The notes beneath the pieces were generated by a model, which ran no database searches, had not been told where the DNA came from, and was given only the letters and a program-made list of their open reading frames with translations. A program made the translations under genes and the position numbers. From the NCBI RefSeq assembly GCF_009914755.1, contig NC_060925.1: DNA of 64,000 nucleotides; one strand, given 5' to 3'. This document shows positions 1 to 14,496 of the stretch, piece by piece. Origin of the DNA: the human T2T-CHM13v2.0 reference genome, Homo sapiens. Within the stretch, counting starts at the first letter, position 1. Each line of letters opens with the position of its first letter.

Positions 1-274
1 CAAATTAAGCCCAACACCTTCAGCTTGGCATTCAAGGACCTGTATCATGTTAGCTGCATTCTCAGCTCCCATGTCCTGCTGACAGCATAGCAAGCTGAAC
101 TTCTAGCTGCTCCCTCTGCAAGCCCTACTTTCTCCACCTTTTGGCCTTTAGCAATGGTTTTTCTTCTGCCTAGAATTCTCTTCTCTCTGTATTCATTCAC
201 AAAATCCTGCCAGCTAGGCTCCAGCTAGAACGGCACCTCTCTCATAAGGCCTCCCTGGTGCCTCTAATTCCATA

Positions 275-435
275 GATCTCAACACTGCCTGTACCTCAGT
301 GTCACCTGGGGAACATTTTTTAAAATGCCAAGGTCCAGACCCAATTCACTCTGAATCTCAGGGATGAGACCCAGGCAGTGGCACCTTTTAAAAGTGGTGA
401 TTCCACTGCATGGCCAGATTTGAGGACCACCAGGG
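275..435. mobile_element. MER5A-like hAT-Charlie relic (similar copies at about 951-1100, 27080-27250, 34775-34930, 35835-35970)
   Basis: Characteristic TCACCTGGGG...GGTGATTC...TTGAGGACCAC blocks. Confidence 0.6.
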
Positions 436-1349
436 CTGGGTGGCTCCCTCCCACCTCGTCATGTCATAGCATGTTGTATTCCCTCTGTGTCACTCAGCCT
501 TGGGTTCTAGGAGTATGTCTCATGGGCCCTGACAGATGACACACTCCCTGAGCTGGCCTCCCTCTGTACACCTCTGCAGCCTGGGGCAGAATTTGGCCCA
601 GAAGTGGAAAAAAGAATGCCAGCTGAGGCTTGTGCCACCTCTATTTCCCACTCAGGCCATCTTACATGATTTCCTCCTGTCCCCCTGTCACTAGGACAGC
701 TGTCACGCTCCCATGTTGGGTCCCTCTGCTTCTTTGCTCAAGGTTCTCTCTTCTCTACCTGTGGTTCTCAAGCTTGGTTTCACAGCAAAACCCCTTGGGA
801 GGGGAGGGCTTGTTAAACTGGAACGTCTCAAACCCCATCCCTGCTGAAGCCAATCCGCCTGGTCTAGGGTAGACTTAGCATCTGTACTAAACATTGGTCT
901 CTCACCGTGCCCCATATCTCACCACTAGCTGAGACTTTAAAATCCCCAAACCAGTGGCTCTCAGACCTGGCAGTACATTCGAGTCACCTGGGAGCTTTAA
1001 AAGCCAATCATAAAATTAGAATATCTTAGGGTGGAGGGCTGGGCAACATTTTTAGCTCTCAGTGAAATTATAATGCATAACGAGGGTTGAGAATCATTGG
1101 CTTAAACTCCCTCCCAATTTCCACACTTATGTAAATGAAATGAAAATCATCTCAAATTAGGAAGCAGATCTAAAGAAGTACTAAATGATTCTGATTTTTG
1201 GAACGAAAACCACTTCGATTTTTTGTTGTTGCTGCTGAAGTATTAAATACCCAAGTCTTAGATTTAGTGCCCTTCCTGCTTTACAGGAGCCCCAAGAATG
1301 TCTGTAGTCTGCCCTGGTCCTGCCCCCTTCCTCTCCCCTTCCCACCCTA

Positions 1350-1909
<560 letters not shown>

Positions 1910-3198
1910 CTACAGAGGGAAGGGAAAGAGAAGCGCTGAAGAAGAGACAAATAGTGTGCCCCGAGTTCAGAAGAAACCTTTCTTTCCATTATATGCCTCA
2001 CACTTGAAGTCCTTGTTACCTGGAACCTGAGATAGACCATGGCTATGAGGCTTGTCATCTGCTGTGGGGGAGAAAGATGATCACTGGGCCCTAAACGTGT
2101 GTGTGTGTGTACCCCACCCCCAACCCCTGCCAGTTGAAAATATAAGTATCCTAAGAATTTTCTGAGTTCCCTGGGTCAAAAAGTATGGTAAGATATATCA
2201 TCTACATATAAGGGTTTAGGAGATACTAATTTTCTGATGACTCAGGATGAGTGAGAAATCTAAAACCCAAGGATGCGTGAATGTGGGTGACCACAGCACT
2301 CTGGACAATCCCAGTTTCAACTATGCTTTGATTTATTCAAAAAAAAAAAATCCACTCATCATCTACATATCCCAGGAAGAGTTTTCACATCAGCCCTCCA
2401 CAAGTTAGGAAAAAGTTCTTATCTGGTGTGTGAAGAATGTAGTTAACATAGATTTGCGTAAGGGTATAACCAAGGAGGAACTGCTAAACCCAAAGGAAGA
2501 GTTGCATGGCCTGCATAGAGGGCCCCACTCTGAGCATCGGTCCACATGAGAGCAGCTCTGAGGGCTCACCTGTGTCTCAGCCAGGGAAAGGAGAAGAGAA
2601 ACTACAGCCTCCTCTGCCAGGGGATGGGGAAACGCAGTTATGAAAGAATTTGACCCACGTTGGGAGGACTTAGGGAGAAACATTCTGAGTTTTTCTTCAG
2701 GCAGGTTCTTATTTCTAGCTCAGGGTTTAAGCTCAGGAGAATTCGGGCTCTGGGTTTACCAGAATTCCCTCCAAGGGCTAAGACTGGGTTAGATGGATAG
2801 ATTAAACTGAAAATGTTTATTTTTGTGTTAAACCCTACCAAGGTGAAATGAAATTTGTGTAATTTGCTCACTTGCATCTAACTAGCATCCCAAAGTCCTC
2901 ATATCAAAGTAGGGTCGATTTCATCTTCCCACTAGAGGGATGAGCCAATGAGTCACGGGGGAGGGGGCTGTGGAAGACGGCAGGGGTGAGTAATGCGGTG
3001 GCCCCAAGGTGTTGCTGAAATATCCTTCCTCAGCAAAGAGGATAAGCAGCAAATGTTTTGAGGGTGGCCACAGGGGTCATTACTGGTGGGAATTCAGGAA
3101 AGTCAGCAAGGGGAGCTGGCGAGGGTGTTTCCGTCCCTTCTCAGGAGTCCGTGTGGCTGTGTGAACAGTGGGACATCAGGGATTTCTCCCCAGGCCTA

Positions 3199-3624
<426 letters not shown>

Positions 3625-3690
3625 TCAGCTCACCAGGCTTCCAGGATAGACATTTCTCTGCTCCTACACTTCGCACAGTTGACCATTTTT

Positions 3691-3694
<4 letters not shown>

Positions 3695-3729
<35 letters not shown>

Positions 3730-3743
3730 CTCTGTCTCTCTCC
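3695..3743. repeat. (CT)n microsatellite in LAMB3 intron 5
   Basis: Directly visible. Confidence 0.95.
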
Positions 3744-4098
3744 TGGAACTCATGTCCAGCCTCCTCTGTCATGGCCCTCCAAACCACATTCCCCACTCAC
3801 CAGAGAGCTCTTCCTGGGTGATTATCTGATCTGTGAGAGCTTCAATCAGTCTGCATTGATCTCATGATATAAACTGAGCACCTTAGCATGACATATTGAG
3901 TCCCTGCTCCTTCCTACAAAATGATTTCATCCATTTTGGGTGGCTTTAAATGTGGTCTTTATGCTGACAGCTCCCAGCTTGAACAACTTCCTGGAACTGC
4001 AGGTCTATAATAAACTCAGCCTCCAAAGCAGATACTGAACCAGGCCCAGGCCTGTCTCTCCAGCTTCAGGGTCCCCTCCTGCCTGATCTCCCTAGTAA

Positions 4099-4520
<422 letters not shown>

Positions 4521-4964
4521 ATCTTCTTAATGATTTTAAAACATAAAATGGGCCTTGTCAGTCCTCTGCTAAAAATCCTCCAATACTATTCTGGAACGAA
4601 ATCTGAACTTCTGACCATGAGTGAAGAGGCCCCAGGCTCCCTGGGCCCTGCCTCCTCTCAGGCCACCTCTTCTCTTCAAGCCCTAAACCAAGCTCATTCC
4701 CTCCTCAGAGCCTTTGTCCAGTCTTTCTTGGAATGCTCCTCCCGCTGGTGGGTTCCCTCTCATCTTTTGTTCTCAGCTGAAATGTCATTTCCTGGTACAG
4801 ATCTTTTGATACCTGACTGAACTGCATTCTCCTGCTCACGTCTGGCCCACCCCACCCTGCCCCATTATTTTCTATTTCAGCATCTTGTTTCCTTCAGAAA
4901 CGTCACCACGATTTCCAATTATTTACTTGTTGGTTTCTTGCTTTTTATTCTTTTCCTGTGAGAC

Positions 4965-5190
4965 CAGGATTTCTCAACCGTTCTCACTGTTAAAGTATTG
5001 AGTTGGAGAAATCTTAGTCCTAGAAGCTGTCCTGTGCACTGTAGCCTGGTGAACAGCGTCCCTGACTTCTACCCACCAGTTATCATTACATACCCATAGT
5101 TATGACAACCAAAAATGTCTCCAGAAATTGTCAGATATCCCCTGGGGGAGAGGAGAGGGCAAAACAGTGCCCCTGGTTGAGACTCAGTAA
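4965..5190 (-). mobile_element. MER20 DNA transposon nested in L2
   Basis: GCTGTCCTGTGCAC and GTTATGACAACCAAAAATGTCTCCAGA match the reverse MER20 consensus as I recall it. Confidence 0.75.
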
Positions 5191-5829
5191 ACCAGGCTGT
5201 AGCCCCTATTGTCTGTGGTTCACAGGTGGACCCCCAACACCTAGCACATGGGTGTTTAGCACATATTTGTTGAACAAATGGTGAATCTTCAGTCTGCTCC
5301 CCTCCCCCTGTGTATACCTGGAAACTCATCTCGCAGCAGTCTTCAGCCCTCCACATCCCTGCCTCTTGCCACCAAGCACATTTCACCCTCCAGGCCCTGT
5401 GTGCATTCCCTTGCCCCCAACCCCAGTCATATACCTCATCTTCTTGCCGCCTGCCTCCCGGCCTTTGTGCTTATGGTTCTGTTTTCTTGGAATAAACATT
5501 GCCCTTCCCCTGGCCATTACTGGTCTATGAAAGTTCATCTTCCCCTGGGTGCACTCCCTGACAAGCCCTCCCAAGACAGACCATGCAAGAGCCCCATTCT
5601 GGGCTCCCAGCACCTCTTCTTACCAATATCAGAGCACACATTGCACTCTCTCACTACTGACTTCCCCACGTATGGTGAAAGCAGCTTGAAGACTGTGATT
5701 TGGTTTTATTCATCTTTATATCCCTAACATCTGACACCAAGCCTAATGAGTAATCAGTGTTCAATAAGCGCTCACAAATAAATGACAAATAAATGAACAG
5801 GTGAGCGATGATAAAGTGAGGAGACTATT

Positions 5830-6285
5830 TAACACTGTCTATCAAATGAATATGCTGCCCTTCAAAGTTGCCACCTTTAGAGACTGGGCATTTATTCAAA
5901 CAATGCTGGCATTTCTCAAAATATTTTTGACCTTTAGATGGGGCAAGGCTCTTAGAGCCAACTTCTTCAGTCATGTAAGAAATTAGGTCCTATTACTTTT
6001 TATTCCAAGCTCATTTTAACTCCTGAAAATTATATCTCCCTTCCTAATCCTTTAATCTTATTAACCAAATTTGATCATTGAATAGCTGACTATTTCTGTA
6101 GAAAGAATAAAACCAAATCATCTCTGAAAAGAAAAAATTGACCTATGGCAATTAAATGAAAATGTTTCCTCCAAAAGAAGTATCTAGAAGGATGTTCTAA
6201 AGGCAGAATCTGAAAGTGCTTTGAGAAGTAATGGCGCTGAATGAGTAGATTGCCCACCAAGAGAGCTGCACCAAAGGAATATCCA
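5830..6285. mobile_element. Ancient mariner-derived element (MARNA-like)
   Basis: CCCTTCAAAGTTGCCACC...TTATTCAAACAATGCTGGCATTTCTCAAAATATTTTT with a degenerate inverted counterpart at about 6190-6280. Confidence 0.5.
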
Positions 6286-6546
6286 TCAGTTAGTTGGATA
6301 GGCAAGTTCTTGGCTGCTTGTTAAAGTCAATCTAATATGCAAAGTTATTAAAACAGAGTATACCAAGAATACACAACTGTACAACAAGCAACCGGGCCCA
6401 GTAGAATTGGTACTTGGCAGAGCTGAATTAATTAGATGGGTTGAGGGTGGAGAATGAGAGAGGAAGAGGATATGCAACCACTGCACGGCCAAGACAGGGA
6501 GCCAGGAGGTGCCACTTTTAGCCCAGGAGCGAGTCCTCTTCTGTCA

Positions 6547-6774
<228 letters not shown>

Positions 6775-7301
6775 TCATCCAGAGACTGTCCACTTCCCCA
6801 GCCCTGAAGGAAGCCCTGGATTAGACTAGCTCTAGGAACTCAGAAACTCTCTAACCTTGATTTTCCAAACTCCCTCTTGGAGAGGAGTGGGGAGTGGTAT
6901 GTTTCTGCTTATATTATCTATTCAAGATCCTATCTGTTTTTGGCTAAGTTTCCTTCCCACCATCACCTGATGTCTTCAATACTTTGGAGGGCTTCAACTT
7001 GTCTGTTCCACACAGACCTGTTCCCCAAACTTAATTCTGCAAGCCCACCCACTGAGACTGAGTGGAGGGAAATAAAGACATTCCTCTCTCCTCACACCCT
7101 TTCTTTCACCTCCAATAAATTCTTCTACCATAACATCCAACAGACCCCAAATATGAGGCAGAAAGATTCTTCTTATCAATCACCCATGTCACACCACCAT
7201 AAGAAATGCCTGGGAAACCCAAAGGGTTATAGGGCACCTTCCATCCGTCTTATCCTGTGGAGGCTGTACAGTTTGAGTTCCCGTAGATGGCAAATGCTCA
7301 C

Positions 7302-7416
7302 CATTCTGGGACTGCCACCAGCGCATGGGGCCGGAGGATGAAGCCACATTCTCTACTCGGTGACTGTAGTAGTTGTGAGGCTGCCTGGAGTCACACTTGC
7401 AGCATTTCATCTGCCA
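7302..7416 (-). CDS. LAMB3: LAMB3 exon 4 (115 nt; [38 protein letters not shown])
   Basis: Acceptor CCCACAG| at 7417, donor ATG|GTGAGC at 7301. Carries the LN-domain WWQS motif. Confidence 0.97.
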
Positions 7417-8371
7417 CTGTGGGAGAGGGAGATAGCAGACACTCAGAGGTGGGGTCCTGATAGAATTCCCCCTTGCGTCCTGAGACCCCAGCATATCTCC
7501 TCTGTGGAAATCCTGCCCTTAGGAATCACTAATTTTATTAATACAATTTGAAGGGTTAATCTCTTAAAACACAGCTATTGATCACCTTTTAATTGGTCAT
7601 CTTTTAATTCCTTGGTGCCCCTCCTAACACATAGCAAGTGAATGGTGAATAGATGTGTGAACGGAGAAGAGGTACGAGGTGGGAAAAAATACTTGAGTAT
7701 ATGATATTGCCTTGCAGAGAAACTTGAGAAAAGTGCCGAGAAAAAAAAAAAGGGGGCGGGGGGAGAAATTCATATTATTTGAGCATCTACGACATACTGG
7801 GCACAGGCTGGAAAGTTTTATAGTTTACCTCATTTAATCCTGGCAGCCTGGGAAATTCTGGGGTTTTAAGGATCAGAGAGAGAGGACTCCAAAAGAGGAC
7901 AAGGAAATGTGGAGTTACAGTCCTAGCTCTGTCACCTCTACTTCCTAGGCTTAACTTTCTCCTCCATAAATTAAGTGGGGATTGAGCTAGAGCTTTTCAT
8001 TTACCCAGCAAATGCTTATTTAGCATATACTATGTGCCAGACTCTACTCTGGGCTCTGGAGTTACAATAGGGAACAAAACAAAGGCCCTGCCCTCAGGGA
8101 CCCAAAATTCTAGTGACATTCAAATGATCTCTAAGGCCTTCCAGCAGTGACATCTGGGGCGTGAGGATCTTTCTCAGGTTCTGTATTCCCTACCTACAGG
8201 AGAGCAACCGGCCTCACTGGGGAGGTCACCAATAACCTGGCCTACGCTTATCTCTTGGAATGAGACAGGAGCCAGAACTGAACCCCATAGGTTTCATGGC
8301 AGAGCAAGGATCACCAAGAAAAAGAGCATGGCCAGAGAGGCGATATATCCCTTGTTCTTTTAGCTTGTGCC

Positions 8372-8445
8372 TATGTGCATACATATACACATACACACAC
8401 ACACGCACACGCGTGCACATGCGCACACGCACACACACACACACA
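8372..8445. repeat. Mixed (CA/TA/CG)n alternating purine-pyrimidine tract
   Basis: 74 bp of unbroken Y-R alternation. Confidence 0.93.
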
Positions 8446-9029
8446 GATAACACGACCTTTTCCCAGCTCCCCCATATAACATACATAAAATCTGCTTTCT
8501 CTGAGTAGCCATGATCCCAAACCCTGTGCGCAGCTTAAACCATACTGTCCAGAGGGCTCCAGATTTACCCACAAATAGATGCAAGTCTTGGACAAGAAAC
8601 TCCTGGACCTGCAGGTCCTTCTGGGTAGGGAAAACTGTCCCTCCACACACCCTGTACCGCTGCTTTCCTCTAAGCCTCCACTCACCAGAACAAAGAACCG
8701 ACCCAAAGAGTCTGAGTGGATATATGGGGCCTATGCCTTGAGTGATAGAACCTCCCTGCCCAACACCCATCTTCCCTCTCCAAAGCTGGCACAGCCTGCA
8801 ACAGGAGAGAGCAAAGAGGGGAGCCAGGTGTCTTGGTTCCCTGGGCCTCTGCTTCCCACTCCACTTTCCAGGTCTCACCCAGTCTGCAAATGAAGAGAAC
8901 TATCACCCTTCCTAGTGCTTGGAGGTGCCCTTGGCATGTCCAAAAATGCTTTATTAAACATTCATTCTTTGGGTGTTTAAGGCTCAAATAACAGCTGGCA
9001 CATAAGCCCTTTATAAAGTAGTACCCATT

Positions 9030-9368
<339 letters not shown>

Positions 9369-9561
9369 TCACTGTGCATTCCCTTGCCCTGTTATATTTT
9401 TTTCATAGTACATATCTCCACTTGACACATTGCATATTTACTGTCTATTTATTTATTTGTATATTGTCTGCCTCCCTCTTCTAGAATGCATACTCCATGA
9501 GGGCAGGAATTTGCATTCCTTCACTGCTGTATTCCCAGTGCTTAGAAAAATACCTAGCACA

Positions 9562-10117
<556 letters not shown>

Positions 10118-11227
10118 TTAAATCTCACAATAACCCTACATGATAAGTAGTATTAGCCCCATTTACAGAGGGGAATGCTGAGGCACAAAGAGGCAACATG
10201 ACTTTGCTATTGACTGATCCCCAACGTTAGCATCAGAAAGGGTCCCTCTCCTCTCTCTCTTTCTCCCTTCTTTCATCCTCTCACTTCCACTCGAAACTAG
10301 CTGAGTGGCAAAGATGTAGGGAAGTATGCTAAAGGGTAGCAGTCTCTGTCTCACACAGCGAGCCCCAAGGCCCCAAGAAGGGCTTGGTCTGACCTTGAAG
10401 CTTATCACAGGGAAGGCTAAGGCAGAGAGAGCACTTTGGGAAGAAACGGGGCTTCTCCAGCTGACTCAGCTCAGTTACCACAGAAACTGGAGACCTGTCG
10501 CTGGCTGAAATACCTGAGCACTTAAAATAATCCTTTCTGGGCAAGAGAAGGCCCTTGCTAGAGCCTGACTCCCCTCCAGACCCCTATTTTGGTCCCTGGC
10601 AGTGAGCATGCCCTTCTTTATACTCTTCCCAGCCTCTCAGGAACAAACTTTTCCACTCCCGTCCTCTGTCTGCACTCAGCACATGTCCTGAGGAGAGACA
10701 AGGGCCAGCTGCCTTCCGGCCGCCTGTCACCAGAGCTTTCTCCCCAGCTCTGCTGGGAGCTGGTCCAGCCCTTCCCTGGTCAAGAGAGTGCCAGAAACAA
10801 GCCTCTTTCTTTCCCTGGGCCATGGGACAAGGAGCTGGAGACTGCGGAAATGCCCCTGATACTCCCAAACGACAGGATATTATGTAACTATTAAAAACAC
10901 TGTTTAGAGAAAAAATTTTAATTGCATGGAGAAATGATTATATTATGTTTTATGAAAAAAAGCTGGGCATACACTTGCATATACATTATAATCTCAAATA
11001 TATGTGTGTGTGTGAATATATATATATGTATATATTTCCATTTAAAGGAATGTAAAGTATTTGGAAGGAAATACACCAATATATTAAGTGAAAACATGAA
11101 ATTGCTGATATTCACCCATTTTGACCTACAAAAATGGCAACTGCATACAGTTCAACCTGATATCTCTGGGTAGTGGAATCATAGATAACTTTTTTTCCTT
11201 CTCTGTTATTTTTTATTATGTTTAAGC

Positions 11228-11541
11228 TTTTTTGTTTGTTTGTTTGTTTGTTTTTTGAGACAGGGTCTCACTCTCTCACCCAGACTCTGGAGTGCAGTGC
11301 CGCGATCTCTGCTCACTGCAACCCTCTGCCTCCCAGGCTCAAGCGATTCTCCCGCCTCGGCCTCCCGAGTAGCTAGGATTACAGGCACATGCCACTATGC
11401 CCAGCTAATTTTTGTATTTTTAGTAGAGACGGGATTTCACCATGTTGGCCAGGCTGGTCTCGAACTCCTGACCTCAAATGATCCACCCACCCCAGCCTCC
11501 CAAAGTGCTGAGATTACAGGTGTGAGCCACTTGCACCCAGC
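11228..11541 (-). mobile_element. AluS (Sx-like) within an old L1 3' fragment (about 10880-11600)
   Basis: Reverse Alu dimer with (GTTT)n tail. Confidence 0.93.
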
Positions 11542-14197
11542 TTGTTTAAATTTTTATACCTTGGATACATATTAACTTTTATATTCAGGAGAGCAAATAG
11601 TATCATAAAACAAAACCAACTAAAAATGGCCAGGGTTTATTGCCCTGCTCCTCCCTCAGTCTTCATGGGGATAATCTGGGGCACCCATGCCTTCTTCTCC
11701 TTCTGTCCACGTGTGCAGGCACTGATGGCAGGATCAGATGGCATCATAGGCTTACAAACTGCATGCTGCTTATCACAGTAACATAGCCGAAGGAGGAATT
11801 TACCTCAATCCTCAGAGACAGGCTAAGCCAACAGGCAAGACAGGTATTTTAAGTAGCTCTGCCTGTCAACGAGCTAGCAGGACAGAAGCCTGAAATAGAG
11901 TAGTTTATGGCAGAAGCCCACATGAAGACAAGCTGCTAATTTATCCTTCCCCTCTGGGTCTCAGTTTCCCTTTCTGCTTTATTCTTGTATGCTTATATGT
12001 AGGGTGCACACATTTGTAAGCGTCGTGTGCATGTGTGATTCTCAGTGTGAGAATCTCTCATATGTGATATGCCCCCATCTCTCCCAGTGATGGCAGCTCT
12101 CTGCTGCAGCTGCCTCCCTCTCTGGGGTCATTTGGCTGGCATTCTCCTGGCTGCATTACCTCAGAGACACAGTACTATTATCAATTCAGCCTGTCAGGCC
12201 TCCAGCCAGTTTGGCTCCTACTTGCTCTCCAGCTGGAAAGGCTAGGCCTTCTCCCTTATCCTAGAGCTTTCTAGAAGCTCAGCAGTCTGGCTGGAAGATG
12301 AACCCTCCCAGAGAGCCAGGGGAGGGCAAAGGAGCAAGAGGGCAAGAGCCAGCAGGGGCCTGAATCATGGTGGAGATGGGTGGAAAAGGAGGGCACACAC
12401 AACTAAAAACTCTGAGCCTTTGTAAAACACAGAGCTAATTCTGGGGGAGAATAGGAAAACAGGCTCTGATTATGCATGGCCCAGCTCCCTCCCATGAGGA
12501 AGCCAGAGGGCTGTCTGAGTTCATCTAAGAAGCTACGATCGGGTCATGGCCACCAGCCAGGGCCAAAAGCAAAAAAAAAAAAAAAATCTAGCTGCCTTCA
12601 AGAAAATACATTTCCTCCACTTCCACATTCCCATTGGTGAAATACAAGGGTTGAATGAGATAATAAAGTTCCATCTTGTTCTAACATGCTCTTAGAGTTC
12701 TTCCCTGCTCTAGCACATCAGCCCAGAAGTTAAAGGTACTCTCAGCAAGTAGACAAAGAAAGCAAGAGAAAAACAAGACATTCCCCAGATGCTATCCTGG
12801 AGAAACACTTTTTCCAGCAATATGGACAGGGAGAAGGAGATCCTTGAGGCCTATGGTCAGTCAGGCCTCCATTAGAACCCACCGCAGTTCAAAAGCCTCA
12901 GCATTTCTATGTCAATGCATATTGGCAATGAAGATCAAAAGGCAGCACCTAGTGCAGGCGCTGGGTGGGAGGACAGCCGTATGTGAGATACTTTCAACTT
13001 TGTGTTTTTCCTTATCACGAAGTGAAATTTTGACCAAAGCCTTAACTCAGTACAGCTGTTATTTCCATCCTAACTAAATTCAGAAATCACTCTCTGAAGC
13101 TGATTATAGAGATGATATATGCTACACACTCAAAAATTACACTGCACCAGCCTCAGTCCTCAGCAGTGTACATATATTATCTTATTCCATCCTTCAAAAA
13201 TCTCTGAGGTAGCTATACTACATTTACAAATGGTAGGTATCCCCATTTTGCAGATTAGGAAAGTGATAAGTTAAGAAATGTGTCCAAGCCCATAAAGTTA
13301 GCAAGGGATGAAGCACAGATTCTTGTCCCACCTGTCTGACTCCAAAACTACCTGTGCTGTTCTTTTTTTTTTTTCTTTCCTCCCCAGCATACTGGTGCTG
13401 TTCTGATTCAAGGAGCATAGCAGTCACTTGGCAATCACTGAAAATTTCAGAGTTGGTTTTCAGGAAACTCCCTTCTTCTGCTTCATTCCACCCCACTGGA
13501 AAGGCAACCTCAACTTCAGCACAGACATCTCCAGAAAGAGGGATGTCCCCTGGACCTGAGTGCAGAAAGTTGGCTAGTGTGCCGGGGACCTCTACAGGTC
13601 CTGCCAGTGGCAATGGCTACAGACCCTCATATGGCACCCAGGCAGGGGGTAGATGGCCAGGAAAAGAAGCAAGGTAGGTCTGCAAGACAGTTCCCAGAGG
13701 CTTCTGTGGGCCTGGACCCCAGAAGCAATGGAGTGAGAAGCCAGGCTAGCAAAGTTGTGAGGCCATCCAGGTTTGTCTTCGGGCCTTCCCATTTCACATT
13801 TCTCCTCTCTGCTTTTAACCTCACAAGGCCTACCCCTTAGCCCATAACAATTAGGACCCAAGAATCTCACATTCCACCAACCCAAGTTTTGCTTCTCTCT
13901 GATAGCAATTTTTCCCTACAATGTCCCTTTCCATTTTCTTCTATCCCCTCAAAACAAGACTCATTTTGGGTCTCGTGGGTCCCTTTGCAAAAGTCACATC
14001 TAAGTTTCTGATAAACATAGTCTTGCTGAGGGATGAATGGCAGGTCATAGATTGATATGGTGCTTTTCTCAAGGCTATCTGTGTTTTAAACAAGGAACTC
14101 AGTAATGCTTCATCCAAAACAGTAAACTCCCAAGGTAGAGCTCTGGAAGCTTTAGACCTGCTTAGGGCTTCTGGGAAACAAAAAAGCAGATATTTTG

Positions 14198-14496
14198 GGC
14201 CGGGGGGAGTGGCTCACACCTGTAATCCAGCATTTTGGGAGGCCAAGGCGGGCAGATCGCTTGAGGTCAGGAGTTCGAGACCAGCCTGGCCAACATGGTG
14301 AAACCCTGTCTCTACTAAAAATACAAAAATCAACTGGGCATGGTGGCATATGCCTGTAATCCCAGCTACTCAGGAAGCTGAGGCAGGAGAATTACTTGAA
14401 CCTGGGAAGCAGAGGTTGCTGTGAGCCGAGATCATGCCACTGTACTCCAGCCTGGGTGGCAGAGCAAGACTCTGTGTCCCAGGGGAAAAAAAAAAA
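14198..14496 (+). mobile_element. AluS (Sx-like)
   Basis: Alu dimer. TSD AAAAAGCAGATATTTTG on both sides. Confidence 0.95.

Noticed and set aside
8226-8878. Several ORFs with VCVCVC or THTHT runs
   Set aside because: They are products of the (CA)n-type microsatellite.
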